Positions 9,665 to 18,041 of a stretch of 64,000 nt of DNA are shown here, one piece after another. The translations under genes were made by a program, and so were the position numbers. This stretch comes from Candidatus Omnitrophota bacterium (lineage in GTDB: Bacteria; Omnitrophota; Gorgyraeia; Duberdicusellales; 4484-171): the NCBI GenBank assembly GCA_024231025.1, contig JAAEQW010000297.1:14851-78850 (forward strand), given 5' to 3'. The notes beneath the pieces were generated by a model. The model had not been told where the DNA came from. It saw nothing but the letters and a program-made list of their open reading frames with translations, and did no database searches. The stretch's first letter is position 1. Each line of letters opens with the position of its first letter.

Positions 9665-9693
9665 TTGAAATTATACCCTATATGTGATATATT
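9665..9693 (+). promoter_or_regulatory. sigma70-like promoter of the hipBST operon (TTGAAA-17-TATATT), with a TATACC half-site in the spacer
   Basis: -35 ttgaaa at 9665-9670 and -10 tatatt at 9688-9693. The ATG follows about 10 nt later, so the mRNA would be nearly leaderless. Confidence 0.35.
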
Positions 9694-9702
9694 TGTGTTG
9701 TT

Positions 9703-9930
9703 ATGAAGTCAATTAGCTTAAATTCACATGCATTAAATATTTCTTCTCAAATAAAAAAGTTGAGAAAAAGTAATAAGTTGACTCAAATTGAATTTGCTAA
9801 ACGCGCTGGAGTTGGTTTACGTTTCTTAAGAGAGCTCGAAAATGGTAAAATAACAGTTAGGATGGATAAACTTATGCAAGTCTTGGATTTTTTGGGATAT
9901 CATTTAGAATTAAAGAAGAACGAATACTGA
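9703..9930 (+). CDS. hipB: XRE-family HTH DNA-binding protein, HipB-like
   Basis: 75 aa with a KLRKSNKLTQIEFAKRAGVGLRFLRELENGK helix-turn-helix. First gene of a tight three-gene operon with HipA-fragment genes. Confidence 0.7.
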   Translation: MKSISLNSHALNISSQIKKLRKSNKLTQIEFAKRAGVGLRFLRELENGKITVRMDKLMQVLDFLGYHLELKKNEY

Positions 9931-9936
9931 TACATT

Positions 9937-10263
9937 ATGGATGCATTAAGAAAAGCTCGGGTATTTTATAGAAATGAATTGGCGGGCTATATTTCAGAAA
10001 TACAGAGTGGCTATGTTTTTCAATATGATTATGAATTTTTGAAAAAAAACATTTCAATTTCAGCATCTTTACCTTACAGAGAAGAGCCTTATCATTCAAA
10101 AGAATTATTTCCTTTTTTTAAAGGACTTCTTCCAGAAGGATGGTATTTAAGTATTGTAAGCGCTACGCAAAAGGTTGATAGCAAAGATTCCTTTGGTTTA
10201 TTATTGGCGAGTGCCAATAGTGATACGATCGGTGCAGTTACCGTGACAAAGGTGGAAGAATAA
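9937..10263 (+). CDS. hipS: HipS-like protein (stand-alone HipA N-terminal subdomain)
   Basis: 108 aa. FKGLLPEGW and SDTIGAVTV match the HipA N-subdomain motifs (FDNLLPEG, GRDCVGAV). Stop is 1 nt before the kinase gene. Confidence 0.7.
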   Translation: MDALRKARVFYRNELAGYISEIQSGYVFQYDYEFLKKNISISASLPYREEPYHSKELFPFFKGLLPEGWYLSIVSATQKVDSKDSFGLLLASANSDTIGAVTVTKVEE

Positions 10264-10264
10264 A

Positions 10265-11134
10265 ATGAACAAAAAGCTATTTAGAGAAATGTTTAATTCC
10301 TCTAAGTGCCCAATCATAAATTTTAGTTTGAGGGATATGTCGCAAAAGGCGCAAGAATTGGCAGGTAAGCTTTCTATTTCTGGTGTTCAACCTAAGTTAT
10401 CGGTCAAGTTGGATAAGAAAAGTAATGAATTAATCCCTGTGGCCCAAGGCGGAGAATATATTTTGAAACCACAAACCTTTACTTTTTTAAATATCCCAGA
10501 AAATGAACAATGCTGCATGGATATTGCCGAGAGTTTGGGTGTATCTATTCCGCTTCATTGCTTGATTCCCTTAAAGGATGATAGTCTTGCTTATGTGGTC
10601 AAGAGATTTGATAGGGAAAAAAGCATAAAAATCCATCAGGAAGACTTTACGCAAATTCTCGAAGAAACAGATAAGTATAGAGGGTCGGTAGAACAAATAG
10701 GTCGAAAAATAAAAGAAAAATCATCCGCACCAGGTTATGATGCGCAATTATTTTTTGAAATGGTTGTTCTTAATTTTATTCTTGGTAATGGTGATGCTCA
10801 CTTAAAAAATTATTCGCTTTTATATAGAGATAAAGATAATGTTCGCCTAACACCCGCTTATGATATTGTATGCTCAAAACTGGTTCTTCCCAATGAGGAA
10901 GATTCGGCTATCGCCATTAATGGCAAAAAAAATAGATTAAAGATAGAGGATTTTAATGAGTTGGCTGAATATTTAAGTGTTCCTTTAAAAGTTCGGTACG
11001 AAAAGTTTGAAAATAAATTTACTGCTATGAGAGAAATTATAAATTGTTCTAGTATTGCAAAGGAAAAACAGCAGCAATTTCTTGAAATAATAAGCGAAAG
11101 ATTATCCCGTTTAGGGTTATCAAATGATAACTAG
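10265..11134 (+). CDS. hipT: HipT-like Ser/Thr kinase (HipA C-terminal kinase core lacking the N-subdomain)
   Basis: 289 aa. Gly-rich loop LSISGVQPKLS has the SIS motif characteristic of HipT. Catalytic NGDAHLKNYS (HipA D..H.KN) and PAYDIV. No N-terminal HipA subdomain. Confidence 0.75.
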   Translation: MNKKLFREMFNSSKCPIINFSLRDMSQKAQELAGKLSISGVQPKLSVKLDKKSNELIPVAQGGEYILKPQTFTFLNIPENEQCCMDIAESLGVSIPLHCLIPLKDDSLAYVVKRFDREKSIKIHQEDFTQILEETDKYRGSVEQIGRKIKEKSSAPGYDAQLFFEMVVLNFILGNGDAHLKNYSLLYRDKDNVRLTPAYDIVCSKLVLPNEEDSAIAINGKKNRLKIEDFNELAEYLSVPLKVRYEKFENKFTAMREIINCSSIAKEKQQQFLEIISERLSRLGLSNDN

Positions 11135-11152
11135 GAGTAATCCTGTTATTTG

Positions 11153-11180
11153 TTGTCAATAACCTCATTTGTTATATAAT
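11153..11180 (+). promoter_or_regulatory. sigma70-like promoter (TTGTCA-16-TATAAT) for the Macro-Nudix gene
   Basis: ttgtca at 11153-11158 and tataat at 11175-11180. Confidence 0.35.
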
Positions 11181-11203
11181 GAGGGGTAAAAAATCGGAGT
11201 AAA

Positions 11204-12187
11204 ATGTTTAATTTTGGTAAATCGAAGGAAAAATTTTTTTCACCAATAAGACAGGCAAGTGTTGTAGTTAATGGTATTGAAGTCTCTGTTGTTCAGGGGG
11301 ACATTACTGAAATTGATACCCAAGTGATAGTTAATGAGGCAAATAATCGTCTTTACATGGAGGATGGTCTTGCTGCGATAATTAAAAATAAAGGCGGCGC
11401 AATAATTGAAGAATCAGCCAAAAAACAAGCCCCGATTAAAGTTGGAGATGTTATTCTAACTACTGCCGGAGCGTTAAAGGCCGACTATATTATTCATGCT
11501 GCAACGACTGGCCTCAGTGCGAAAATTACTGATTCGATTATCCGAAATGCGACTTATCGTTCGTTACTTGCTGCTCACAAAGAAAAGATTGAATCTATCG
11601 CATTTCCGGTTTTAGGGCGTGAGTCAGGTGACCTTTCTTATGAGGTGGTATCAAAGTTGATGGCCCAGGAGGCTTTTCGTTATATTAAGGCAGTGGCATC
11701 ACCCACCATAACAAAAATAGTGTTTGTCTCATATTCAGAAGATGTTTTTGATGTTTTTAAGCAGAATATATGTGATTATCTTGAACATTTAACTCATCCC
11801 GGGCCTTTTGTTGTTGTTGATGGGATAGTTGAATATCAAGGTGGGATAGTAATGATTAAGCGTAGCAATCCTCCGTTTGGCTATGCGCTTCCTGGCGGAT
11901 TTGTAGAGTACGGTGAAAGTGTTGAAAAAAGTGTTGCGCGGGAAGTAAAAGAGGAAACAAGTCTTAATTTTACGGATATTAAGCAATTCAAGGTTTACTC
12001 AGATAGCGAGCGCGATCCGCGCTTTCATACGGTATCGATTGTTTTTGTTGGTAAGGGTCAAGGCACCTTAAAGGCTGCTTCTGATGCTAAAGATGCTTTT
12101 GTGGTTAAACTAGATTCCTTTCCTGAGGGTATTGTTTTTGATCATACAAAGATAATTGAAGATTACCTTGCTTCTAAGAAAACTTGA
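11204..12187 (+). CDS. Macro domain - NUDIX hydrolase fusion protein (ADP-ribose processing)
   Basis: N-terminal half has Macro motifs (VNEANNRL...GGAI, GDVILTTAGALKADYIIHAATTG, SIAFPVLGRESGDLS). C-terminal half has the Nudix box GGFVEYGESVEKSVAREVKEETSL. Confidence 0.75.
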   Translation: MFNFGKSKEKFFSPIRQASVVVNGIEVSVVQGDITEIDTQVIVNEANNRLYMEDGLAAIIKNKGGAIIEESAKKQAPIKVGDVILTTAGALKADYIIHAATTGLSAKITDSIIRNATYRSLLAAHKEKIESIAFPVLGRESGDLSYEVVSKLMAQEAFRYIKAVASPTITKIVFVSYSEDVFDVFKQNICDYLEHLTHPGPFVVVDGIVEYQGGIVMIKRSNPPFGYALPGGFVEYGESVEKSVAREVKEETSLNFTDIKQFKVYSDSERDPRFHTVSIVFVGKGQGTLKAASDAKDAFVVKLDSFPEGIVFDHTKIIEDYLASKKT

Positions 12188-12193
12188 ATAAAA

Positions 12194-12345
12194 GCCAATA
12201 ACCAAGATGCAATAACCAAATAATAATCAATTACCAAATTTCAATAACCAAGTGGTTTGATTATTGTATCTTGATCATTGGGATTTGTTTGCCTGCCCGC
12301 CGGCAGGCGGGTGTCTTGTTTCTTGGAAATTGGTTATTGTAAACT
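12194..12345 (+). repeat. 'ataaccaa' intergenic repeat element, copy 1, with GC-rich hairpin cccgcc-ggca-ggcggg
   Basis: Shares the ccaataaccaaga...caagatgcaa...accaataat...ttggttattgtaa...gtatcttgat pattern with 60246-60375. Internal inverted repeats ataaccaag / cttgg..ttggttat. Confidence 0.6.
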
Positions 12346-12364
12346 GTTTAACGAGGAGATATAA

Positions 12365-14290
12365 ATGGGCGACAATATAGTATATAAAATTCTTCGCAAG
12401 CATCTTGTTTCGGGAGATTTAGTACCCGGTCAGGAAGTTGGGATAAAGATCGATCAGACATTAACTCAAGATGCTACAGGCACGATGGCTTATTTGCAGT
12501 TTGAAGCAATGGGCATTGATCGCGTGAAAACTGAACTCTCCGTAAGCTATGTTGATCATAATACTATTGGGCAGGGGTTTGAAAACGCCGACGATCATAA
12601 ATATTTGCAAAGTGTAGCTGCAAAATACGGTGTTTATTTTTCTCGAGCGGGCAATGGTATATGCCATCAGGTTCATCTGGAAAGATTTGCTAAGCCGGGG
12701 AAAACCTTACTCGGTAGTGATAGCCATACTCCTACTGGTGGAGGTATTGGAGCGATTGCTATTGGGGCAGGTGGTCTTGATGTTGCGTGCGCAATGGGAG
12801 GGGGTGCATTTTATCTGGTAGCACCTGAAGTAATTAAGGTCGAGTTAACTGGAAAGCTTCGTGATTGGGTATCGGCTAAAGATGTTATTCTGCATTTATT
12901 AGGTATTCTTTCTACAAAGGGTAACGTTAATAAAGTAATTGAATATAGCGGAGAAGGCCTAAAAACACTTTCTGTGCCTGGGCGGGCAACGATTACCAAT
13001 ATGGGTGCTGAAACAGGCGCTACTACAAGTATTTTTCCTTCTGATGAAGTAACTAAACAATTTTTGACTGCGCAAAATAGAGCGGATGATTTTTGTCCAC
13101 TTGTGGCTGATGAAGGTGCTAAGTATTGCAAGGTAATAAAGATTAATTTGTCAGAAGTTGTTGCGATGGCTGCTTTGCCTCATTCACCTGGCAATGTTGT
13201 TACGGTAAAAGAAATTGCCGGTAAAAAAGTAGATCAAGTTGCAATTGGAAGTTGTACCAACGGATCATTAAAAGATCTTACAATCGTTGGTGAAATATTG
13301 GCCGGTAAAACAATACATCAAGGGCTTTCAGTTATTGTTTCTCCTGGTTCGCGGCAGGTTTTTTCTATGATATCGGCCGATGATACTTTAAATAATATAA
13401 TTAATTCCGGTGCTAGGATAATGGAGCCGACTTGTGGATTTTGTATCGGTAGTGGGCAGTCACCATGCACTGATGGAATATCAGTGCGAACAAACAATCG
13501 CAATTTTTGTGGTCGTAGCGGTACTGAGTCAGGACAAATATATCTGGTATCTCCTCAAATTGCAGCATTAGCTGCGATTAACGGTGAATTTGTTGATCCA
13601 TTTTCTGCCCAAGAAAATTATCCTCAGGTTAGCAATGCTGAGCATTTTTACGTTGATGATCGCATGATTATTCCTCCTCCCAATGATCCTTGTGGTGTTG
13701 AGATTTTTCGCGGTCCAAATATCGGTCAGCCACCAACAAATATTGCCCTTGTCGATAGTTTATCTGGAGAAATCCTTGTAAAAGTTGGTGACAAGATTAC
13801 AACCGACCATATCATGCCTGCCGGGCCAAGATTAAAGTATCGCTCTAATATTGATAAGTATTCAGAGTTTGTGTTTGAGGGGGTTGATTCGCAATTTGCG
13901 GTTAATGCAAAAAAATTACGCGATCAAAAAAAATCTGTATTTATCTTAGCCGGGGAAAGTTATGGTCAAGGTTCAAGTAGGGAGCATGCGGCAATGTGCC
14001 CGATGTATTTGGGGGTAAGGGCCGTGATGGCAAAGTCATTTGAAAGAATCCATATAACCAATCTAATTAATTTCGGTATTTTACCGCTAACCTTTATTAA
14101 TGCCGGCGATTATGAATTGCTGCAAAAAGGATTACTTATTCAAATAAATAATATCATTGAATGTTTAAATAACAATAACAGCATTACTGTTTTAAGTGGC
14201 GACATTAAGATAGAAATGAATTGTACACTTTCCTTACGGCAAAGACAAATCGTCCAAGCCGGTGGGCTATTAAATTATACTCGACAGTGA
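12365..14290 (+). CDS. aconitase-family hydratase, fused large + swivel domains (Aquifex/archaeal-type putative aconitate hydratase)
   Basis: 641 aa. N-terminal DQTLTQDATG and Fe-S Cys region (SCTNGS, CGFCIG). C-terminal swivel motif GESYGQGSSREHAA. Confidence 0.75.
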   Translation: MGDNIVYKILRKHLVSGDLVPGQEVGIKIDQTLTQDATGTMAYLQFEAMGIDRVKTELSVSYVDHNTIGQGFENADDHKYLQSVAAKYGVYFSRAGNGICHQVHLERFAKPGKTLLGSDSHTPTGGGIGAIAIGAGGLDVACAMGGGAFYLVAPEVIKVELTGKLRDWVSAKDVILHLLGILSTKGNVNKVIEYSGEGLKTLSVPGRATITNMGAETGATTSIFPSDEVTKQFLTAQNRADDFCPLVADEGAKYCKVIKINLSEVVAMAALPHSPGNVVTVKEIAGKKVDQVAIGSCTNGSLKDLTIVGEILAGKTIHQGLSVIVSPGSRQVFSMISADDTLNNIINSGARIMEPTCGFCIGSGQSPCTDGISVRTNNRNFCGRSGTESGQIYLVSPQIAALAAINGEFVDPFSAQENYPQVSNAEHFYVDDRMIIPPPNDPCGVEIFRGPNIGQPPTNIALVDSLSGEILVKVGDKITTDHIMPAGPRLKYRSNIDKYSEFVFEGVDSQFAVNAKKLRDQKKSVFILAGESYGQGSSREHAAMCPMYLGVRAVMAKSFERIHITNLINFGILPLTFINAGDYELLQKGLLIQINNIIECLNNNNSITVLSGDIKIEMNCTLSLRQRQIVQAGGLLNYTRQ

Positions 14291-14316
14291 TTACTACTCA
14301 GCAGAATCCAGCACAA

Positions 14317-16356
14317 ATGCCGCTTCGTTTTCTTAAGGGGGTTGGGCCGAGACGTGAAGCTATCTTTAATCAGTTGGGTATTTATACTGTTTCAGACCTC
14401 CTAAGCTACTACCCTTTTCGTTATGAGGATCGGCGTAATTTCAAAAAAATTTCCGAGATAAAAAGTGACGAACACGTTTTGATAAAAGCAGTCATTAAGG
14501 CTAGGAATCTTAAAAATACACCATATTTTCGACGGCGGGTGAAAAGCATTTTTGAGATAGCGTTAGATGATGGCACGGGATTAGCTGATTGCGTGTGGTT
14601 TAATCAACATTATTTAGCTGATTCCATGAAAATTGGCGACACTATTATTATTTATGGTAAACCAATTCTTGGTGGTAGACGTGTGAAGTTTAACTCACCA
14701 GAACGTGAAATATCTTCTCAGCAGGATTCGTTAAACATTGGTAGGGTTGTTGGTGTATACAGATTACCAGCTGCCTTTAACCAAAGGTTTATAAGAAAAA
14801 TAATTCATGAATGTCTTGAAATCGTAGGGGGTAAACTTTCCGATTCTTTGCCATTTCATATTCGCAAGAAGCAGTGTTTTGAGAATGTTATCAAAAGCGT
14901 ATGGGGAATTCATTTTCCGATTGATCTCGAGGATGCCAAGCGCGCCAGAGAAAGGTTTATTTTTGAAGAATTGTTTTTTTCTCAAATTTTGGTTTATTTG
15001 CGTAAAGCGAAACATCGTCAACAAGAGAGCGTGAGCCTTCTAGCCAACGATAAGGTGATAGAAAAAATAAAAAGTAATCTCAATTTTACCCTTACAGACT
15101 CGCAACTTTTAGCGGTTGATACCATTAGCAAAGATCTATCTAAAAGCTATCCGATGCACCGGTTGCTCCAGGGGGATGTTGGCTGTGGCAAAACGGTTGT
15201 TGCTGCTTTTGCAATTGCATTAGCTGCTGATTGTGGCCATCAGGCTGCTTTTATGGTTCCGACTGAAGTTTTGACGTATCAGCATAAAGAAAGCCTCGAG
15301 AAGATATTTTCAGGTTTAAATTTTAGGATAGAGATTCTTACCTCGTCCTTATCGGCTCAGAAATCTAAAAAAATATATGAAGATCTAGAAGGTGGAAAAA
15401 TCGATATTATAATCGGAACGCATGCCCTTATCCAAGAGGAAGTAAAGTTTAAAAGTTTGGCGGTAGCAGTGATCGATGAACAGCATAAATTTGGCGTTAG
15501 TCAACGGGCGCTTCTTCCTAAAAAAGGGATACCTAGCCCACATTGCTTGGTTATGAGCGCAACGCCTATTCCGCGAAGTTTGGCGCTTTCGTTGTACGGC
15601 GATCTTGATTTATCAATTATACCTGAGTTGCCGAAAGTAAGGATACCAGCAGAAACTCTATGGGTTAAGGAAGATAAGCGTGAATTGATGTACGATCTTA
15701 TAAAAAAGAAATTAAAAGAAGGGCGTCAGGCATATATTGTTTATCCGGTGATCGAAGAGGGTAGCAGTCAGGATTTATTAGCTCTTGAAAAGATGCATGA
15801 AAATATTCAGAAAAAATTTATCGGTTTTAATGTGGGAACATTCCATGGTCGAATGAAGAATGATCAAAAAATAAAAGTTGTTCAGGATTTCAAGAGTGGA
15901 AAAACAAATATTTTGCTTGCGACAACAGTTATTGAGGTGGGTGTAAGCATTGATAATGCAGCGGTGATGGTAGTTGAAAATCCCGAACGTTTTGGTCTTG
16001 CTCAACTTCATCAGTTACGCGGCAGAATACGGCGCGCAACACATAAGCCTCATTTCATCTTAATAAGCAAAAAAGAGTTAACGGAAATTGCTGCCAAAAG
16101 GTTGAAGATTATTTCCTCTACTGATGATGGTTTTAAAATAGCCGAAGAAGATTTAAAGTTACGAGGTCCCGGCGATTTTTTTGGTCATTTGCAGCACGGT
16201 TTGCCTTTGTTGAAGATCGCCAATCCCTTGCGGGATTTAGAAATTTTAGGAGAGGCTCGTTTGTGCGCTCATCATGTGGTTGAGAGTGATCCAGCGCTAA
16301 ACTCATCTGTTCATCGTTCGATAAGAGAACATTTGGATTTTTGGTTTAAACAATGA
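14317..16356 (+). CDS. recG: ATP-dependent DNA helicase RecG
   Basis: MPLRFLKGVGPRREAIFNQLGIYTVSDLL N-terminus, wedge domain, helicase motifs (GDVGCGKT, DEQHKFG, SATPIPRS, QLRGRIRR). Start placed at the internal Met after the aconitase stop. Confidence 0.85.
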   Translation: MPLRFLKGVGPRREAIFNQLGIYTVSDLLSYYPFRYEDRRNFKKISEIKSDEHVLIKAVIKARNLKNTPYFRRRVKSIFEIALDDGTGLADCVWFNQHYLADSMKIGDTIIIYGKPILGGRRVKFNSPEREISSQQDSLNIGRVVGVYRLPAAFNQRFIRKIIHECLEIVGGKLSDSLPFHIRKKQCFENVIKSVWGIHFPIDLEDAKRARERFIFEELFFSQILVYLRKAKHRQQESVSLLANDKVIEKIKSNLNFTLTDSQLLAVDTISKDLSKSYPMHRLLQGDVGCGKTVVAAFAIALAADCGHQAAFMVPTEVLTYQHKESLEKIFSGLNFRIEILTSSLSAQKSKKIYEDLEGGKIDIIIGTHALIQEEVKFKSLAVAVIDEQHKFGVSQRALLPKKGIPSPHCLVMSATPIPRSLALSLYGDLDLSIIPELPKVRIPAETLWVKEDKRELMYDLIKKKLKEGRQAYIVYPVIEEGSSQDLLALEKMHENIQKKFIGFNVGTFHGRMKNDQKIKVVQDFKSGKTNILLATTVIEVGVSIDNAAVMVVENPERFGLAQLHQLRGRIRRATHKPHFILISKKELTEIAAKRLKIISSTDDGFKIAEEDLKLRGPGDFFGHLQHGLPLLKIANPLRDLEILGEARLCAHHVVESDPALNSSVHRSIREHLDFWFKQ

Positions 16357-16895
16357 GAGTTATAAAAGGAATACATAAGGGAAGAGTTATTTATTGTGCG
16401 GATTCAGTGCGTCCGGTTTCTTCGCGAGTGCGTGAATCATGCTTTGATATATTAGCGTATAGCCTAAAAGGGGCGAATGTATTAGATCTTTTTGCCGGAA
16501 GTGGAGCCTTGGGGATTGAGGCTCTTTCATCGGGGGCCAATAAGTGTATTTTCATTGATAGTAATCGAAAATCTATTAAAATTATAGAAAAGAATCTTGA
16601 AATTCTTGGCCTCTCTACAAACAGTGTATACCTAAAGGATTCCTTTGCTAGCATTGAGTTTTTGAGTAAAAGGCGTGACAAATTTGACCTTATTTTTTTA
16701 GATCCGCCATATCATGAAGGCAGCCTTAAGAAAGTCTTGCAAATGCTATCTGAATATGATATATTGAGCCCCTTCGGTTTATTAGTGGGGTTTTGTTTCG
16801 AAAAAGATGATTATTTGAAAAATAGTGAAAAGTTTGCTTTGATCCAAAAGAAAAAATACGGTCAAACCCTTCTTTTAATCTATAAAAAACAATGA
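16353..16895 (+). CDS. rsmD: 16S rRNA (guanine966-N2)-methyltransferase RsmD
   Basis: LDLFAGSGALGIEALSSGA and FLDPPY motifs. 180 aa. Conserved rsmD-coaD pairing. Confidence 0.8.
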   Translation: MRVIKGIHKGRVIYCADSVRPVSSRVRESCFDILAYSLKGANVLDLFAGSGALGIEALSSGANKCIFIDSNRKSIKIIEKNLEILGLSTNSVYLKDSFASIEFLSKRRDKFDLIFLDPPYHEGSLKKVLQMLSEYDILSPFGLLVGFCFEKDDYLKNSEKFALIQKKKYGQTLLLIYKKQ

Positions 16896-17395
16896 AAAAA
16901 GCTATTTGTCCGGGTACATTTGATCCCATAACTAATGGGCACATCGATATAATAGAGCGTGCGGCTTCTATTTTTGATAGTGTGATTGTTGCAGTAGTTA
17001 AAAACTCTTCCAAGAACACATTTTTCCCGTATTCTCAGCGCTTAAAGCTAGTTAAAGAGGCAACAAAAAACATTAAGGGGGTTAGCGTTGAGGGGTTTGA
17101 CGGCTTGGTCGTTGATTTTGCCTTTAAAAAGAATGTAAAGATTATCGTTAGGGGTTTGCGAATGATATCTGATTTCGAATATGAGTTTCAAATGGCTTTA
17201 ACCAATCGTAATCTGACTAAAACCGTTGAAACAATTTTTTTAATGCCTCATCCCCAATATTCATACATTTCATCGCGGTTGATCAAAGAGGCAGCTTTTT
17301 TAGGTGCGGATTTAAAGAATTTTTTACCAAAAGTAGTAACAAAAGCCCTCAAGAGTAAGTTTAATGCAGATAGAGATAGAAAAAATAAGAGATGA
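16892..17395 (+). CDS. coaD: phosphopantetheine adenylyltransferase
   Basis: AICPGTFDPITNGHIDII (T/HxGH). 167 aa. Confidence 0.9.
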   Translation: MKKAICPGTFDPITNGHIDIIERAASIFDSVIVAVVKNSSKNTFFPYSQRLKLVKEATKNIKGVSVEGFDGLVVDFAFKKNVKIIVRGLRMISDFEYEFQMALTNRNLTKTVETIFLMPHPQYSYISSRLIKEAAFLGADLKNFLPKVVTKALKSKFNADRDRKNKR

Positions 17396-17771
17396 GCCAA
17401 TAGCCATAGAGGGGGAGATATCGGCCTCTGAATTGGATATCGACACAAGCGATGCTAAACTTATTGGTAATCTTAAGGTGAATTGCTCTTTGCAGCGAAT
17501 AATAAGAGAGATACTTGCTGATTTTGAAATTAGTTTTAGCAGAGAAATTATGTGTTCGCGTTGTCTTAATAAATATATTGAAAATTCACAGGATAAATTT
17601 AGAATGGCGTACAATACAGCCGATTTTGCTGATTCTTTGAATGTTAACGATGATATAAGAGAAAGAATTTTACTTAACTTTCCAATGAAGCTTTTGTGCA
17701 AAACGGATTGTAAAGGGATTTGCCCTAATTGCGGGGTCGATCTTAATAGTGAACAATGTCAATGCAAATGA
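17364..17771 (+). CDS. yceD: YceD/DUF177 family protein (23S rRNA accumulation protein)
   Basis: 135 aa with C-terminal CxxC...CPNCG...C..C cysteine cluster. Immediately upstream of rpmF. Confidence 0.7.
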   Translation: MQIEIEKIRDEPIAIEGEISASELDIDTSDAKLIGNLKVNCSLQRIIREILADFEISFSREIMCSRCLNKYIENSQDKFRMAYNTADFADSLNVNDDIRERILLNFPMKLLCKTDCKGICPNCGVDLNSEQCQCK

Positions 17772-17830
17772 GTTATAAGTCGTAAAACTTACGACTTAAA
17801 ACTTAAAACTTACAACTTACGACTATAAAA
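17762..17830 (+). repeat. 'taagt' palindromic spacer between yceD and rpmF
   Basis: Perfect hairpin taagtcgtaa-aac-ttacgactta. The motif acttacgact + AAGGAGG recurs upstream of ftsQ at 49331-49352. Confidence 0.5.
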
Positions 17831-17840
17831 GGAGGATACT

Positions 17841-18041
17841 ATGGCACATCCAAAAAGAAGACAATCTAGCTCAAGGTCGGCAAAGAGACGAACCCATCAG
17901 AAACTAGCCGCCCCCGCTCTATCAAAATGCAGCCAATGCGCGCGTCTTAAGCCGGGGCACATGGTTTGTCCGTTTTGTGGATACTATGATGGTCGAGAAA
18001 TAATTAAAATAAAGATGAAAGAAAAAAAACCTAAAAAATAA
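17841..18041 (+). CDS. rpmF: 50S ribosomal protein L32
   Basis: MAHPKRRQSSSRSAKRRTH start plus CxxC...CxxC. SD AAGGAGG upstream. Confidence 0.9.
   Translation: MAHPKRRQSSSRSAKRRTHQKLAAPALSKCSQCARLKPGHMVCPFCGYYDGREIIKIKMKEKKPKK

Noticed and set aside
11204-12187. Macro-Nudix protein as a DarG-like antitoxin of a DarT toxin
   Set aside because: No DarT-like (ADP-ribosyltransferase) ORF is adjacent. The upstream genes are a complete hipBST module with its own operators.
14221-14316. Upstream extensions in the ORF track for recG, and likewise for murD (41865), murB (47403), ddl (48266), cobO (60319), glyA (5312), nrnA (31306) and the LpxL-like gene (TTG at 57522)
   Set aside because: The extensions overlap the preceding gene and add non-conserved residues. 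Internal ATGs coincide with conserved protein N-termini and often with an SD.
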